From: an uncultured Bacteroidales bacterium
Lineage (GTDB): Bacteria; Bacteroidota; Bacteroidia; Bacteroidales; Bacteroidaceae
DNA length: 64,000 nt
Assembly: GCA_902774005.1 (NCBI GenBank)
Contig: CACYGK010000013.1
Span: forward strand, 8,696 to 72,695
Direction of reading: 5' to 3'
Below the pieces are notes generated by a model. The model did not search any database, was not told the origin of the DNA, and was given only the letters and a program-made list of their open reading frames with translations. This document shows positions 23,542 to 33,621 of the stretch, piece by piece (positions within the stretch are counted from its first letter, which is position 1; each line of letters begins with the position of its first letter). Both the position numbers and the translations under genes were made by a program.

Positions 23542-24844
23542 CATTGTCATAATTAGTGTACAGGAAATCGTTGTACGGGTACTTCTGTACGTGCAGTTCG
23601 CGTACATTATTATATAATAGCTGGCGGAACGCGTCGATATTAGTCTTTTCGCGTGCCGAGATGAAGAACGCATCCTTACCCATCTTCGCCATCCACGTCT
23701 GCATCAGTTCGTCGAGCGGGATATTCTCCTTAGTGCGCGGAGTGAGGTCATCCTCCTCCTTCTCCACCCATGTGTATGCATCAATCTTATTGAACACGAG
23801 CAACTGAGGTTTCTCGGCACAGCCAAGGTCAGCGAGAGTCTTCTCCACCACCTTTATCTGGTCCTCAAACTCCGGATGCGAAATATCCACCACATGCAGC
23901 AGGAGGTCAGCCTCGCGCACCTCGTCGAGGGTCGATTTGAACGACTCCACGAGGTCGGTAGGCAGTTTGCGAATGAATCCTACCGTATCGCTGAGCAGGA
24001 ACGGCAGATTATCGATTATCACCTTGCGCACCGTTGTGTCGAGCGTAGCAAAGAGTTTGTTCTCAGCAAAGATATCACTCTTCGACAGCAGGTTCATCAG
24101 CGTTGACTTCCCCACATTCGTATATCCCACGAGAGCCACGCGGATCAGTCTGCCGCGGTTCTTCCGCTGCGTACTCTTCTGCGTGTCAATCTCAGCCAGT
24201 CGTGCCTTGAGCAGCGCCATACGACTACGGATGATACGCTGGTCCATCTCAAGCTGCGTTTCGCCCGGACCGCGCAGACCCACACTACCGCCACGCTGAC
24301 GTTCCAGGTGAGTCCACAGACGGGTCAGTCGGGGCAGCATATAGCGGTACTGCGCCAGTTCCACCTGTGTCTTTGCAGCAGCCGTCTGTGCCCTCATCGC
24401 AAAAATATCGAGGATAAGCGACGTACGGTCCAGAATCTTCACACCGAGAGCCTTCTCAATATTGCGCAGCTGCTTAGCCGACAGTTCATCGTCGAAGATG
24501 ACCATACCCACCGGTTGCGGACCCTCAGCCATATCGCCATACTGAGTCACCTTGTACGGATTGCCCAGAGCCACCTGCTCCTCCCAGTACTGGTCCACCT
24601 CATCCTGTTTCTGCTTGATGAACTGCGCAATCTCCTCCAGCTTTCCCGTTCCGATATACGTCACAGCACTCGGACCGTTCACCTTCTGCGTGTAACGGCG
24701 TATCACCTTTGCCCCAGCCGTATCGGCAAGAAACTCCAGTTCGTCGAGATATTCCTGTGTCTTCCTTTCATTCTGCTCCGGAGTCACGAGACCCACCAGA
24801 ATGGCAGTCTCCACCTTCGCTTCCGATATTACAAACTCTTTCAA
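23525..24844 (-). CDS. hflX: GTPase HflX
   Basis: [18 protein letters not shown] and NKID G-motifs plus the HflX N-terminal domain. The tracked start is TTG. Confidence 0.92.
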   Translation of the reverse strand: MKEFVISEAKVETAILVGLVTPEQNERKTQEYLDELEFLADTAGAKVIRRYTQKVNGPSAVTYIGTGKLEEIAQFIKQKQDEVDQYWEEQVALGNPYKVTQYGDMAEGPQPVGMVIFDDELSAKQLRNIEKALGVKILDRTSLILDIFAMRAQTAAAKTQVELAQYRYMLPRLTRLWTHLERQRGGSVGLRGPGETQLEMDQRIIRSRMALLKARLAEIDTQKSTQRKNRGRLIRVALVGYTNVGKSTLMNLLSKSDIFAENKLFATLDTTVRKVIIDNLPFLLSDTVGFIRKLPTDLVESFKSTLDEVREADLLLHVVDISHPEFEDQIKVVEKTLADLGCAEKPQLLVFNKIDAYTWVEKEEDDLTPRTKENIPLDELMQTWMAKMGKDAFFISAREKTNIDAFRQLLYNNVRELHVQKYPYNDFLYTNYDNEGNIQ

Positions 24845-24872
24845 TGCTGTACTGTTTTTTCTTTCTTTGGCA

Positions 24873-24880
24873 CAAAGGTA
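24873..24880 (-). promoter_or_regulatory. -7 box (TACCTTTG) upstream of hflX
   Basis: Plus strand reads CAAAGGTA, 29 nt upstream of the start codon. Confidence 0.55.
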
Positions 24881-24888
24881 TAATAATT

Positions 24889-24916
24889 AATTGACAATTG
24901 ATAATTGATAATTGAC
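24889..24916 (+). repeat. 7-nt-period tract (AATTGAC AATTGAT AATTGAT AATTGAC)
   Basis: Read directly. The same unit family occurs at 42357-42384 on the opposite strand. Confidence 0.9.
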
Positions 24917-25384
24917 ATTTTTCAAAAAAGAGCGTGTCACTTCGTCAAAATAGAGGGAAGTGAACCACTATGTGGTTAGTTTCCTTTATCTGAATTAGCG
25001 CGGAAATGTGCGCAAAGTATAAGAAAAACATCGGAACGAAGGGTTCTTACATGCTTTTTGATGCCTGTGAGAGTAGGATTTTGATACATTCTGTGCCCCT
25101 GCCAAGGTCTGGCATCTTTGGGGCGGTTGGTTTTGAAATGTCGTATTTCATTGATTTTCTGCTTTTTATAAAGAATTAATATTAACTTTTCTTCCAATTC
25201 CAATTCTTTACTACTCACTTTCTTCTACAAGGCCTGTGATAATCAAACCACGTTTTGAACTGAATGTATTCATGCGGAATCACATCTCCTTAGCACTTTT
25301 AACACGCGCCTGCCTCTTCATGATGCGTTCAGCGCCGCGTCGCATCATTGCGCCCGCGTAATACCATTGAACATTGGCATTATG

Positions 25385-25419
25385 AAATGGGAGCTGACCT
25401 TTCGGGTCGGCTCCCATTT
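25385..25419. terminator. Strong hairpin downstream of the PL11 gene
   Basis: AAATGGGAGCTGACC tttc GGGTCGGCTCCCATTT. A T-run follows on the plus strand (TTTATTTGTTT) and only a short U-run on the minus strand. Confidence 0.6.
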
Positions 25420-25535
25420 ATTTGTTTGGCGCTGTGGCATTGTGGCAGCGTGACAACAAAAAAAGTGGCCGTAAGGGGGTCTCACGACTCGCTTCCGGCT
25501 ACTACCATTATTATTACAAAACTAAACTTACTTTT

Positions 25536-27764
25536 CTATTTGACTATGTATTTAGCACCGTCCTTGATGTAGATGCCAGTGGTGGGGGCTGTCACCACAC
25601 GTCCGCTGAGGTCGTAAATCTTACCATCGTGTGGGAAGGAGACGGTAGCTGCGGTCGGTACGTCCTGAATCTCAGTTACGAGGGGTACGTCGTTGAAGTC
25701 CATGCCATTGCCGAGGAAGTAGCCTCCGACGTGGGTGGGTTGGTTGTAGCCCACGTTCTCGTGCATGCATTGCATCATGTAGGTATGGTCGCTCATGAGG
25801 TACGGGAGCATGTAGTCGGACGGATACCATGTGGAGAATATTTTCAGGTCGGTGAGGTGGTCGTTACTCGGAACGATTACTTCTTCACGCCAGTCGCCAA
25901 GGAAGTCGCCATACCAGCCAGGATTGGACTTTGAGCCATTGTTGAACGTCTCGTTATAGCGGTACATTGTGAAGGTACGTCCGTTTGCCGGACTTTCGAT
26001 TATGTTTTCGTTGATGAGCTGACGAGCGAGTGTGCCGTCGAACCATATCGCCATGTTGCACGAAGACGGTTTGTAGCCCAGGTCGGTCAGTCCGGTCTGT
26101 GAGTAGGCATTGGAACCGTAGTACCAGAATTCGCATCCCGGCGAGTTAGGATCGATATCGGAAACCAGGCAGCGTCCCATATCGTTGTCGCTATCAGCCA
26201 CCTTCTTCCAGATGACGGAGCCATCCTTAGAATCATGGAGGGCTACCATAGTCTTGCCGCCTTCAAGGCAATGATATACTTGCAGTCCTTCGCGGTCGGG
26301 AAGGAAGCGTCCCACATGATTGGCATCACCATGTCCGAGACCTGTAGTCCAAAGTCCGGTACCATCATCGTCGAAAGCACAAGAGCCATACATGACTTCG
26401 TCTTTTCCATCGCCATCAAGATCGGCAACGTTAAAGGCATGATTGCCCTGTCCTGCATAGGAACTGTTGAGTTTGCCGTCCTTATTCTTGTCGCGTCCAC
26501 CCGATTCCTTTGTGTCGAATCGCCACATGCGGGTCAAAGTACCTTCAAAATCACCATTAGCAGTATGTTCGTAGCGCCATCCCTCGACTACGGTACGTGC
26601 ATAGACACCACGTCCGAGGAATATCTGGAGTCCCTCGCCATCGAACGATGCGAGACCCATACGCAGGGAATTGGCACGTTTCCAGTAGTTGTCACCCCAC
26701 GATTCGCTGTTGGTGCGCCAGTTGCTCTTCCACTGTTCTTCGGTCTGTCCTTCTGGACCACGGGCTACGAAGTTGGCACGAGCCAGTTCGCGGCCGGTCT
26801 TACCATCGATGACGGAGAAGTATTCAGGACCGCCATAACCCTTATCGCTGTCACCGGTATAATGTCCGTTCCATCGGTCGCGGTAGTCGGTGATGCCATC
26901 ACCGTTCGTGTCACCTATCTCGGTACCGTCACCGAAGACGGTGCCCTCGCCTGTTTTGGTAACGAACTCAGCACAACCGTCGCCGTCGAGGTCACCCAGC
27001 ATCACACTGGAACTGTTGCCCAGAATGATATTTGGTCCTGACTTCACACGCCAAAGGAGTGTGCCATCGAGTTTGTAAGCATCCCAGATGACGGTGTGGC
27101 GGGCACGGCGATCGGAATCGCCTGCCCCTGTGCCGTCGCTAATACATTCGCCACCCGAATAGACAGACAGCAGTCGCTTGACTACTATCTCCATTTCTCC
27201 ATCGCCATCGAGGTCGGCAACAGAGCAGTCGTTAGCCTGATACTTGATTTCATCGGTGATAGAACTTACGTCTTCAGTAGTTTTGAGGGGTATGGAGATG
27301 TATGGTAATTTGTCGGCATAGAGACGGCTGTCGATGACTACGGAGTCGAGGACGAGCTGACGCATGGTCTCTACGTCGGTACCTGTTATACGGATTGGTG
27401 CACTTGTCTTACCCATGGCGGTATAGAAGTCGGAAGAGAGAAGGTAATAGACCGTCTCGCTCGAAGGCACGGAACTGAGCTGATAGTTGGTGGCATTGAG
27501 TGCTTTCGACGTGACACGACTAGCAGCCGAGGAAGTCTGGGGACGACTGTAGAGGAAGAAAGAAGTCTCCCAGTTGTCGGTAGGCAGCATGCGCCACGTG
27601 AGCAGGAGTTTGCCTGTGTGGGTCTGGTAGTTGCCCAGCGAAGCATTGCTGACATTCATGATAGATGCCCACATCTTGCGCGGACCTGCGCATACGCTCT
27701 TTGCAGATGCTGACATGATGCCGCTCATCAGAAATGCAAGGGTTAGAAAGTGTTTCAGTTTCAT
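25536..27764 (-). CDS. Rhamnogalacturonan lyase-like (PL11/FG-GAP beta-propeller) with T9SS C-terminal sorting domain
   Basis: Signal peptide; NDCSVADLDGDGEMEIVVKR and WDAYKLDGTLLWRVKSGPNI...GDLDGDGCAEFVTKT resemble YesW-type PL11 blades. C-terminus KIYDLSGRVVTAPTTGIYIKDGAKYIVK is CTD-like. Confidence 0.7.
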   Translation of the reverse strand: MKLKHFLTLAFLMSGIMSASAKSVCAGPRKMWASIMNVSNASLGNYQTHTGKLLLTWRMLPTDNWETSFFLYSRPQTSSAASRVTSKALNATNYQLSSVPSSETVYYLLSSDFYTAMGKTSAPIRITGTDVETMRQLVLDSVVIDSRLYADKLPYISIPLKTTEDVSSITDEIKYQANDCSVADLDGDGEMEIVVKRLLSVYSGGECISDGTGAGDSDRRARHTVIWDAYKLDGTLLWRVKSGPNIILGNSSSVMLGDLDGDGCAEFVTKTGEGTVFGDGTEIGDTNGDGITDYRDRWNGHYTGDSDKGYGGPEYFSVIDGKTGRELARANFVARGPEGQTEEQWKSNWRTNSESWGDNYWKRANSLRMGLASFDGEGLQIFLGRGVYARTVVEGWRYEHTANGDFEGTLTRMWRFDTKESGGRDKNKDGKLNSSYAGQGNHAFNVADLDGDGKDEVMYGSCAFDDDGTGLWTTGLGHGDANHVGRFLPDREGLQVYHCLEGGKTMVALHDSKDGSVIWKKVADSDNDMGRCLVSDIDPNSPGCEFWYYGSNAYSQTGLTDLGYKPSSCNMAIWFDGTLARQLINENIIESPANGRTFTMYRYNETFNNGSKSNPGWYGDFLGDWREEVIVPSNDHLTDLKIFSTWYPSDYMLPYLMSDHTYMMQCMHENVGYNQPTHVGGYFLGNGMDFNDVPLVTEIQDVPTAATVSFPHDGKIYDLSGRVVTAPTTGIYIKDGAKYIVK

Positions 27765-27805
27765 AATATATAATATATGTGTACGATTCTGTGATTTTTC
27801 CGATG

Positions 27806-27813
27806 CAAAGATA
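27806..27813 (-). promoter_or_regulatory. -7 box (TATCTTTG) upstream of the PL11 gene
   Basis: Plus strand reads CAAAGATA, 42 nt upstream of the ATG at 27764. Confidence 0.5.
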
Positions 27814-27885
27814 GTGGGAACATATCACAATAAACGACAAAAATCGTACCAAAAAGTACGACTTTTGTAACAAATTATATGTTTC

Positions 27886-27906
27886 AACTCCTAACTCCTA
27901 ACTATT
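27886..27906 (-). repeat. 7-nt-period tract (plus strand AACTCCT AACTCCT AACTATT)
   Basis: Read directly. It covers the TAG stop (27902-27904) of the AraC-sensor gene, and the unit AGGAGTT recurs inside ccsBA. Confidence 0.9.
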
Positions 27907-30676
27907 TCCTAAAGTCCTTCGGCAGTACACCGTACTTATTCTTGAAGCAGGTGGAGAAGTAGCGCGGTGTTGAAAAGCCAACACGGTCGGAAATGACTGG
28001 TATGGAGTAGTTTGTAGACTGCAGGAGCTTTGCAGCCTTATCGAGGCGGTAGGAGCGTATGAGGTCGGAAGGAGTCTGACCCGATATGGAATATATCTTA
28101 CGATAGAGAGTCATACGGCTCATGCACATGTCGCTGGCGAATTCATCGACGGAATAGTTCTCGTTTGAGAGGTTTTTATCAATAATAGATATTGCCTGAC
28201 GCAGGAGTTCGCTATCGAAGATGGAGAGTTCGGGTTTGATTTCCTCGGTTTCATCAGCAGAATCATCTTTTTCGTCGGTTTCATCGAACGTAATGACAGT
28301 CTGTTTTACCTGTCGCTGGAGTTCGTCGTAGCGACTGAGGAGGTTCTCGAAACGCAGACGGCGTTCGTGCATGTCGCGGTTGAAACGCCAGATGCCATAT
28401 AACAGCAGAAGGAAGAGGAAGGCATAGATGGTATAAGCCCACCAGCTCTCCCACCATGCAGGCAGACGCTCGATGGTCATCAGTTCGGCGGGTTTGCCCC
28501 ACTTGCCGAATCCATCGGTAGACATAACCATTATCTTATATGTACCCTTGCCGAGACTCTGAATTTGTATTTCGTTCTCACCACGTTTCAGGGTGACCCA
28601 GTCACGACTGAGTCCGTCGATTTTAACCCTGAACTCATTGTTCGCCGCTTTCAGGTAGTCAAAGTTCGTAAGACTGATAGTAACAAAGTCCGATGAATCG
28701 GCAGGAATCACGATGCGATCCTGTCCGTAACCCACGATGAAACGTTTGCCTCCATAGGAATATTCGCTAACGGCTGTGCGTACTTCGCGACTGGCTTCGC
28801 GCAGGTTGGACGACGAACGGATGCGTGCCACACCCCCTACTCCGGCTACCGTGACTCCGCCCTCGGAAGCAGCCATGCTCTCAAAGGTCTGCATACCGAG
28901 TTGGTTGTCGTTGGCATAGATGGTACGCATGGCACCTGTGGCTACGTCGATTTCGCGTACGAACGACTTGGACAGAAGCCATAGGTGGTCGAGTTCGTCA
29001 AATGTCATACTGAGTACGGATTCGCCGTTGGGCGATTCGAATTCGGGACATTCCACAGCCTGGTCATCGACTATCTTATAGAGTTTGCCAAGATAGCTCG
29101 ACACCCACAGGGAACCGGAAGCAGATACAGCTATATCGCTGAGTTTGCAGTTGTTGGGGGCAAGTGCGATGATCTCGAGTGTGTTCTTATCAATGCGTAG
29201 TACACCCTTGGTGTAGGACAGGGCATAGAGCGAACGCATATCTACCGACTCGCACACCTTGAATATCCAGCCAAGCGAATCGAGCAGGATGGTGGGATTC
29301 TGACCACTCCTTGCCGCAGCCAGGCGTCCGTTCTTACCACCCACGTACAGAATGCTGTCACTGGCGGAATAGACCATGGAGTTTGGATTGAAGTTGACAT
29401 GTCCCCACGTCTTCTGTTCATAACCTATGTATTTCTTGCTGATGCGCCACAGGTTGCGGTCTTTATTCACCACAAAGACATCGCCGTCGGGAGCCGGAGC
29501 GATGACAGCCGTGTCGGAACAGAATTCGAGTTTTTCGCTTTCGTCCTTCACGAAGTCATAATACACCACTCCTCCACTCTCGCGCAGAAGCCATGCATGG
29601 GTTTTGGCATCGACCACATCGGTGATGACGGGCATTCCGAAGGAGTTGCGGTTGGAATATATCTTTCGGGAGTCAATCTGATTGTTTGAGTAGCAGATGG
29701 CAAAAGTACTGACGGAATAGCCTGGAATCCACGGGTTGCCGAAGCGGTCTCGGATGATATCGCCCGTGACCATAGGCATGTGGAGTTGATCGTCGAAACG
29801 GGTATGCATCTCGTAGACGTCATCGTTGAAGAATGAGAAGCAGCGTACGCCCCTGTTGTAGGTCGTAGCCCACATGATGTTACGACGGGGGTCGATAAGA
29901 AGACTCGCAAAACAGCCATCGTCAATGGACGTAGGGGTGACAGTCCGCATGTCGGGTTCGACACGGTAGATGCCGTAACCCCATGTACCAACATAATAGC
30001 GACCACTGAGCGTATCCTGTGCGATATAGAAGGCATCGAGTCCTTTCATGCCCTCTATGATCTTGAATTCTTTTTCGCCGGCTTTCTTCAGGAGCAAATC
30101 ACCCTTCCATTGAGCCACCCACACGTTATCATCCTTATCGACAAAGATTTCGTGGGTGGTGCGTGCAGAACCGTTGTGCATGGAGTCGTAGAAACCAATT
30201 GTTTCGCCTGCCGGAGAGAGATGGATGATATGACTGCTGGCTATAACCCAGATGGAGTTGTCGGAAGCTTTTGCAAGTCGGACGATACGCAGGTGGTCGA
30301 CATCATCGTTCACCCTGCTGATGGTATATGTACGCTTATCGAGAATATAGAGACCCTCACGCGTGCCGAACCAGATACGCTGGTCACCACCGTCGACGAT
30401 GCAGAGTACGTCGGAGTTGTGCATGACGTCGGGAGCTGCATTATAACCGAACGACATGACCTGATAGCCGTCGTCACGACAGAGTCCGGCATCATTGGTA
30501 CCATACCACATGTAACCCTCTTCATCCTGCATCAGACAGTTGACGCCGGAGACGGGAAGGCGGTCGACTGAAGATACGGTTGTGATGGTGAACTGCTGGG
30601 CACTGACACTTACTGAAGATAGCATCATGCAGACACTGAGGCATAGCAGTCGTATGGTTCCCTTTATGTTTTTCAT
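27902..30676 (-). CDS. Membrane-tethered AraC-family regulator with HTCS-type periplasmic beta-propeller/Y_Y_Y sensor (no kinase or receiver domain)
   Basis: Signal peptide, about 700 aa of propeller-like repeats, one TM helix (AYTIYAFLFLLLLYGIW), a coiled linker, then an AraC HTH (SVDEFASDMCMSRMTLYRKI...GFSTPRYFSTCFKNKYG). Confidence 0.75.
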   Translation of the reverse strand: MKNIKGTIRLLCLSVCMMLSSVSVSAQQFTITTVSSVDRLPVSGVNCLMQDEEGYMWYGTNDAGLCRDDGYQVMSFGYNAAPDVMHNSDVLCIVDGGDQRIWFGTREGLYILDKRTYTISRVNDDVDHLRIVRLAKASDNSIWVIASSHIIHLSPAGETIGFYDSMHNGSARTTHEIFVDKDDNVWVAQWKGDLLLKKAGEKEFKIIEGMKGLDAFYIAQDTLSGRYYVGTWGYGIYRVEPDMRTVTPTSIDDGCFASLLIDPRRNIMWATTYNRGVRCFSFFNDDVYEMHTRFDDQLHMPMVTGDIIRDRFGNPWIPGYSVSTFAICYSNNQIDSRKIYSNRNSFGMPVITDVVDAKTHAWLLRESGGVVYYDFVKDESEKLEFCSDTAVIAPAPDGDVFVVNKDRNLWRISKKYIGYEQKTWGHVNFNPNSMVYSASDSILYVGGKNGRLAAARSGQNPTILLDSLGWIFKVCESVDMRSLYALSYTKGVLRIDKNTLEIIALAPNNCKLSDIAVSASGSLWVSSYLGKLYKIVDDQAVECPEFESPNGESVLSMTFDELDHLWLLSKSFVREIDVATGAMRTIYANDNQLGMQTFESMAASEGGVTVAGVGGVARIRSSSNLREASREVRTAVSEYSYGGKRFIVGYGQDRIVIPADSSDFVTISLTNFDYLKAANNEFRVKIDGLSRDWVTLKRGENEIQIQSLGKGTYKIMVMSTDGFGKWGKPAELMTIERLPAWWESWWAYTIYAFLFLLLLYGIWRFNRDMHERRLRFENLLSRYDELQRQVKQTVITFDETDEKDDSADETEEIKPELSIFDSELLRQAISIIDKNLSNENYSVDEFASDMCMSRMTLYRKIYSISGQTPSDLIRSYRLDKAAKLLQSTNYSIPVISDRVGFSTPRYFSTCFKNKYGVLPKDFRK

Positions 30677-30697
30677 CTTTATATTATATTCAATGTC

Positions 30698-31528
30698 TTA
30701 CAGTTTCGTTTCACCCTCGACATAATTCTCGACGGAGAGCCGTTCGCCGTCCCACTCGGCATAGGTAAAAAGCGACATCCATTCGCCCAGGATGACGAGT
30801 CGGCAATCGCGGTTGAGCATGAGGTCGAGGTCGATGTGACGATGACCGAAAAGGAAATAATTGATGGCGGGATGGGACTGGAGGTAATGCTTGGAATAGA
30901 GTACGAGTCCTTCCTTGTCTTCACCCATGTAGGGTGCCTCCTCGAAGTCGAAGCTCTCATAGCCTACGGGGTTCTTCACGTCACCCTCGAACTGCGGTAC
31001 GTCGGACTTTATACGTTTCATGCGCGAATGCTTTGCCCAGTTGCGTCCGAAGGGTATGAAAAGGTCGGGATGCCACAGGGTGGCGAGCTTGCGCATGGAT
31101 TCGCTGTGGAAGAAAGCAAAGAGCAGACGGGTCTTCCAGTTACGGTCGCGGTAATCGAGTCCGTCGCCATGTGCAAGATAGAAGATTTTCCCGTTGAGTT
31201 CGATGGTTTCGGGGTGACGGTGGATGATGACTCCGCACTCGGTGCTGAGGTAGTCGAGCAACCACATGTCGTGGTTTCCGGTGAAGTAATGTACTTCGAC
31301 TCCGTTGTCGGTCAGTTCGGAGACCTTACCGAGGAAACGGGTATATCCGCGGGGAACGACGGACTTGTATTCGAACCAGAAGTCGAACATGTCGCCGAGC
31401 ATGTAGACGGCTTCTGCCTTGTCTTTTATCTGGTCGAGAAAACTGACGAGGCGGCGTTCCTGGGTGCGGCTATGCTTCAGAGCCAGCGAACCGAGATGTG
31501 CATCGGAGAGAAAGTAGATATTCTTCAT
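30698..31528 (-). CDS. lpxH: UDP-2,3-diacylglucosamine diphosphatase (LpxH-type calcineurin-like phosphoesterase)
   Basis: YFLSDAHLG, LGDMFDFW, TGNHDMW, AHGDG and FGHRH motifs. Confidence 0.8.
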   Translation of the reverse strand: MKNIYFLSDAHLGSLALKHSRTQERRLVSFLDQIKDKAEAVYMLGDMFDFWFEYKSVVPRGYTRFLGKVSELTDNGVEVHYFTGNHDMWLLDYLSTECGVIIHRHPETIELNGKIFYLAHGDGLDYRDRNWKTRLLFAFFHSESMRKLATLWHPDLFIPFGRNWAKHSRMKRIKSDVPQFEGDVKNPVGYESFDFEEAPYMGEDKEGLVLYSKHYLQSHPAINYFLFGHRHIDLDLMLNRDCRLVILGEWMSLFTYAEWDGERLSVENYVEGETKL

Positions 31529-31531
31529 AGG

Positions 31532-31882
31532 CTACATGAATCCAAGGTCGAGTTTTGCTTCTTCAGTCATCATATCCTTTGTCCACTCGGGTTCGAACAC
31601 CACTTCAACGTTCACGTTCTTCACTCCGTGGATGGAACCCAGTTTCTGGTTTATGTCTTCGATGATGAAGTCGGCAGCGGGACAGTTGGGAGCCGTGAAC
31701 GTCATGTCGATGTTTATGTCGAAGACGTCTTCGCCCTCGGGTTCGGCTGCATCGGTGACATCAATCTTGTAGATCATACCCAGGTCGTAGACGTTCACAG
31801 GTATTTCGGGGTCGAACACACTTTTCAGCATCTCAACCGTACTGTCTTCAATACTCGCTTTCGTTATTTCAGATTTTTCCAT
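31532..31882 (-). CDS. DUF59/MIP18-family Fe-S cluster assembly protein
   Basis: VFDPEIPVNVYDLGMIYKIDV...TFTAPNCPAA. Start taken at MEKSEITK; the tracked ORF extends to 31930. Confidence 0.75.
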   Translation of the reverse strand: MEKSEITKASIEDSTVEMLKSVFDPEIPVNVYDLGMIYKIDVTDAAEPEGEDVFDINIDMTFTAPNCPAADFIIEDINQKLGSIHGVKNVNVEVVFEPEWTKDMMTEEAKLDLGFM

Positions 31883-32618
31883 TTTCAGAGTAACTATAAT
31901 AGTCGCCATCGGTGAGGATGACGTGGTCAATCATTCGTATATTCATCGTATCGCCTGCCCGCTTCACCCGCTGGGTGAGTTCGTTGTCGGCACCGCTGGG
32001 ACGCACGGAACCACTGGGGTGGTTATGAACCAGTACGAAGCAGGTGGCTCCGGCAAGCAGGGCATGCTTCATTATCTGGCGGGCATCGACAGCAGTCTCG
32101 CTGATACCTCCGCGACTGAGGTTTACACAACGGATGAGACGCATGCTGTTGTTGAGCAGCAAAGCCCAACTCTGTTCGTGGTCAAGGTCCTGAATCTTCG
32201 ACTGCATATAGTCGTAGATGACCTTACTGCTGGTGAACGCCTGTTTGTCGGACACTTTCTCCTCCAATCGGCGGCGCCCTATCTCGGCTGCTGCAACGAT
32301 GCTGAGAGCACGGGCTTCACCTATACCTTTATATTGCATCAGGTCGCCTATGGTCATGCGACTTAGGTTGACCAGACTGTCCTCGCAGTCGGACATAATA
32401 TTGCGCATGAGTTCGACGGCGGTCTGTGTGGTCGTACCACCTCCGATGATGACGGCAAGGAGTTCAGAGACAGTCAGGGCAGAGGCACCTTTCTCGAGCA
32501 ACTTCTCGCGGGGACGGTCCTCAGCCGACATATCCTTTATCTTGATGTGGCGGCGACGTGCCTCCATCACCATATTTCCGTTGTCTTTCTTATCGTCAGT
32601 CATAGAAATTCTTTTCAA
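31869..32618 (-). CDS. radC: RadC-family JAB/MPN domain protein
   Basis: EDRPREKLLEKGASALTVSELLAVIIGGG and LVHNHPSGSVRPS. The true start may be an internal Met. Confidence 0.88.
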   Translation of the reverse strand: MKRISMTDDKKDNGNMVMEARRRHIKIKDMSAEDRPREKLLEKGASALTVSELLAVIIGGGTTTQTAVELMRNIMSDCEDSLVNLSRMTIGDLMQYKGIGEARALSIVAAAEIGRRRLEEKVSDKQAFTSSKVIYDYMQSKIQDLDHEQSWALLLNNSMRLIRCVNLSRGGISETAVDARQIMKHALLAGATCFVLVHNHPSGSVRPSGADNELTQRVKRAGDTMNIRMIDHVILTDGDYYSYSENGKI

Positions 32619-33621
32619 ATGCGGTGAATTCGTCTTTTCCGAGTACGCAGCGCAACCACCATGCCTTCAGGAAACCGAAACCGTAACCCATGAGTTGGAG
32701 GAAAGAGGCGATGACGGAGTAGTAACCTATCACCAGACTGCGTGTCCGCACGGTGGAATCGCAGAATATGAGCAGTATGAAGAGCATGATAGGTGTAAGA
32801 GGTATCATGAACCAGCCCTCGTCGGGGATGAGAAAACGCAAGAGGAGGGCACAGATAATCAGAACCAAGACTCCGACGGTGAATACCATCGGAAGCATGT
32901 GGACGAGTTTCATTGTACCCGGATGACGTTTCTCAAGATTGATACGTGCTATACCCGAGTTGAATACCTGCTTGAAGAACTTGTCGAAGTCGGTGCGCCG
33001 TTTGTGCCACACCCATGCCTCGGGAAAGAGTCGGCTTGTGTAGCCTGCCTCGACGATACGATAACTGAAATCGATATCCTCACCGAAGCGCATCTTCGAA
33101 AAACCGCCCAATTCATCGTAGACTGCACGACGCACACCCATATTGAACGAGCGGGGGAAGAACTTGTCCATCTTCTTCTTTCCACCACGTATGCCACCGG
33201 TAGTAAAGAAAGATGTCATCGAGTAGTTGATGGCCTTCTGGATGGATGTGAACGACTCGTTTGCTGCATCGGGACCTCCGAAGGCATCGCAGGGATTCTT
33301 TCCGAGTTCGGCATCGATAGCAGCGAGATAACCCTCGGGTAGTACGCAGTCGCTGTCGAGAATTATGACGTAGTCGCCCTTGGCATGTGCCACACCGTAG
33401 TTTCGGGCTGGACCGGGACCACCGTTCTCCTTCTCCAGATACTTCACGTCGAGACGATTGACGTATTTCTCCACCACATCCTTGCAGGGAACGGAAGAAC
33501 CGTCCTCTACCACAACAACCTCAAAACCGCTCAGGGTCTGTCGGCACAGGCTCTCAAGCAGTTCGTCAGCTTCGTCGGGACGATTATAAACAGGTATGAT
33601 AATGCTGTATCTCATCTGCAA
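32596..33621 (-). CDS. Glycosyltransferase family 2 with C-terminal membrane segments
   Basis: YSIIIPVYNRPDE, VVVEDGSS, ILDSDC. Confidence 0.85.
   Translation of the reverse strand: MQMRYSIIIPVYNRPDEADELLESLCRQTLSGFEVVVVEDGSSVPCKDVVEKYVNRLDVKYLEKENGGPGPARNYGVAHAKGDYVIILDSDCVLPEGYLAAIDAELGKNPCDAFGGPDAANESFTSIQKAINYSMTSFFTTGGIRGGKKKMDKFFPRSFNMGVRRAVYDELGGFSKMRFGEDIDFSYRIVEAGYTSRLFPEAWVWHKRRTDFDKFFKQVFNSGIARINLEKRHPGTMKLVHMLPMVFTVGVLVLIICALLLRFLIPDEGWFMIPLTPIMLFILLIFCDSTVRTRSLVIGYYSVIASFLQLMGYGFGFLKAWWLRCVLGKDEFTAFEKNFYD

Noticed and set aside
24976-25218. 80-aa minus-strand ORF in the gene-poor region
   Set aside because: It is Lys/Leu-rich and low-complexity, with no recognisable family and no -7 box at an appropriate distance. 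It is treated as non-coding pending a homology search.
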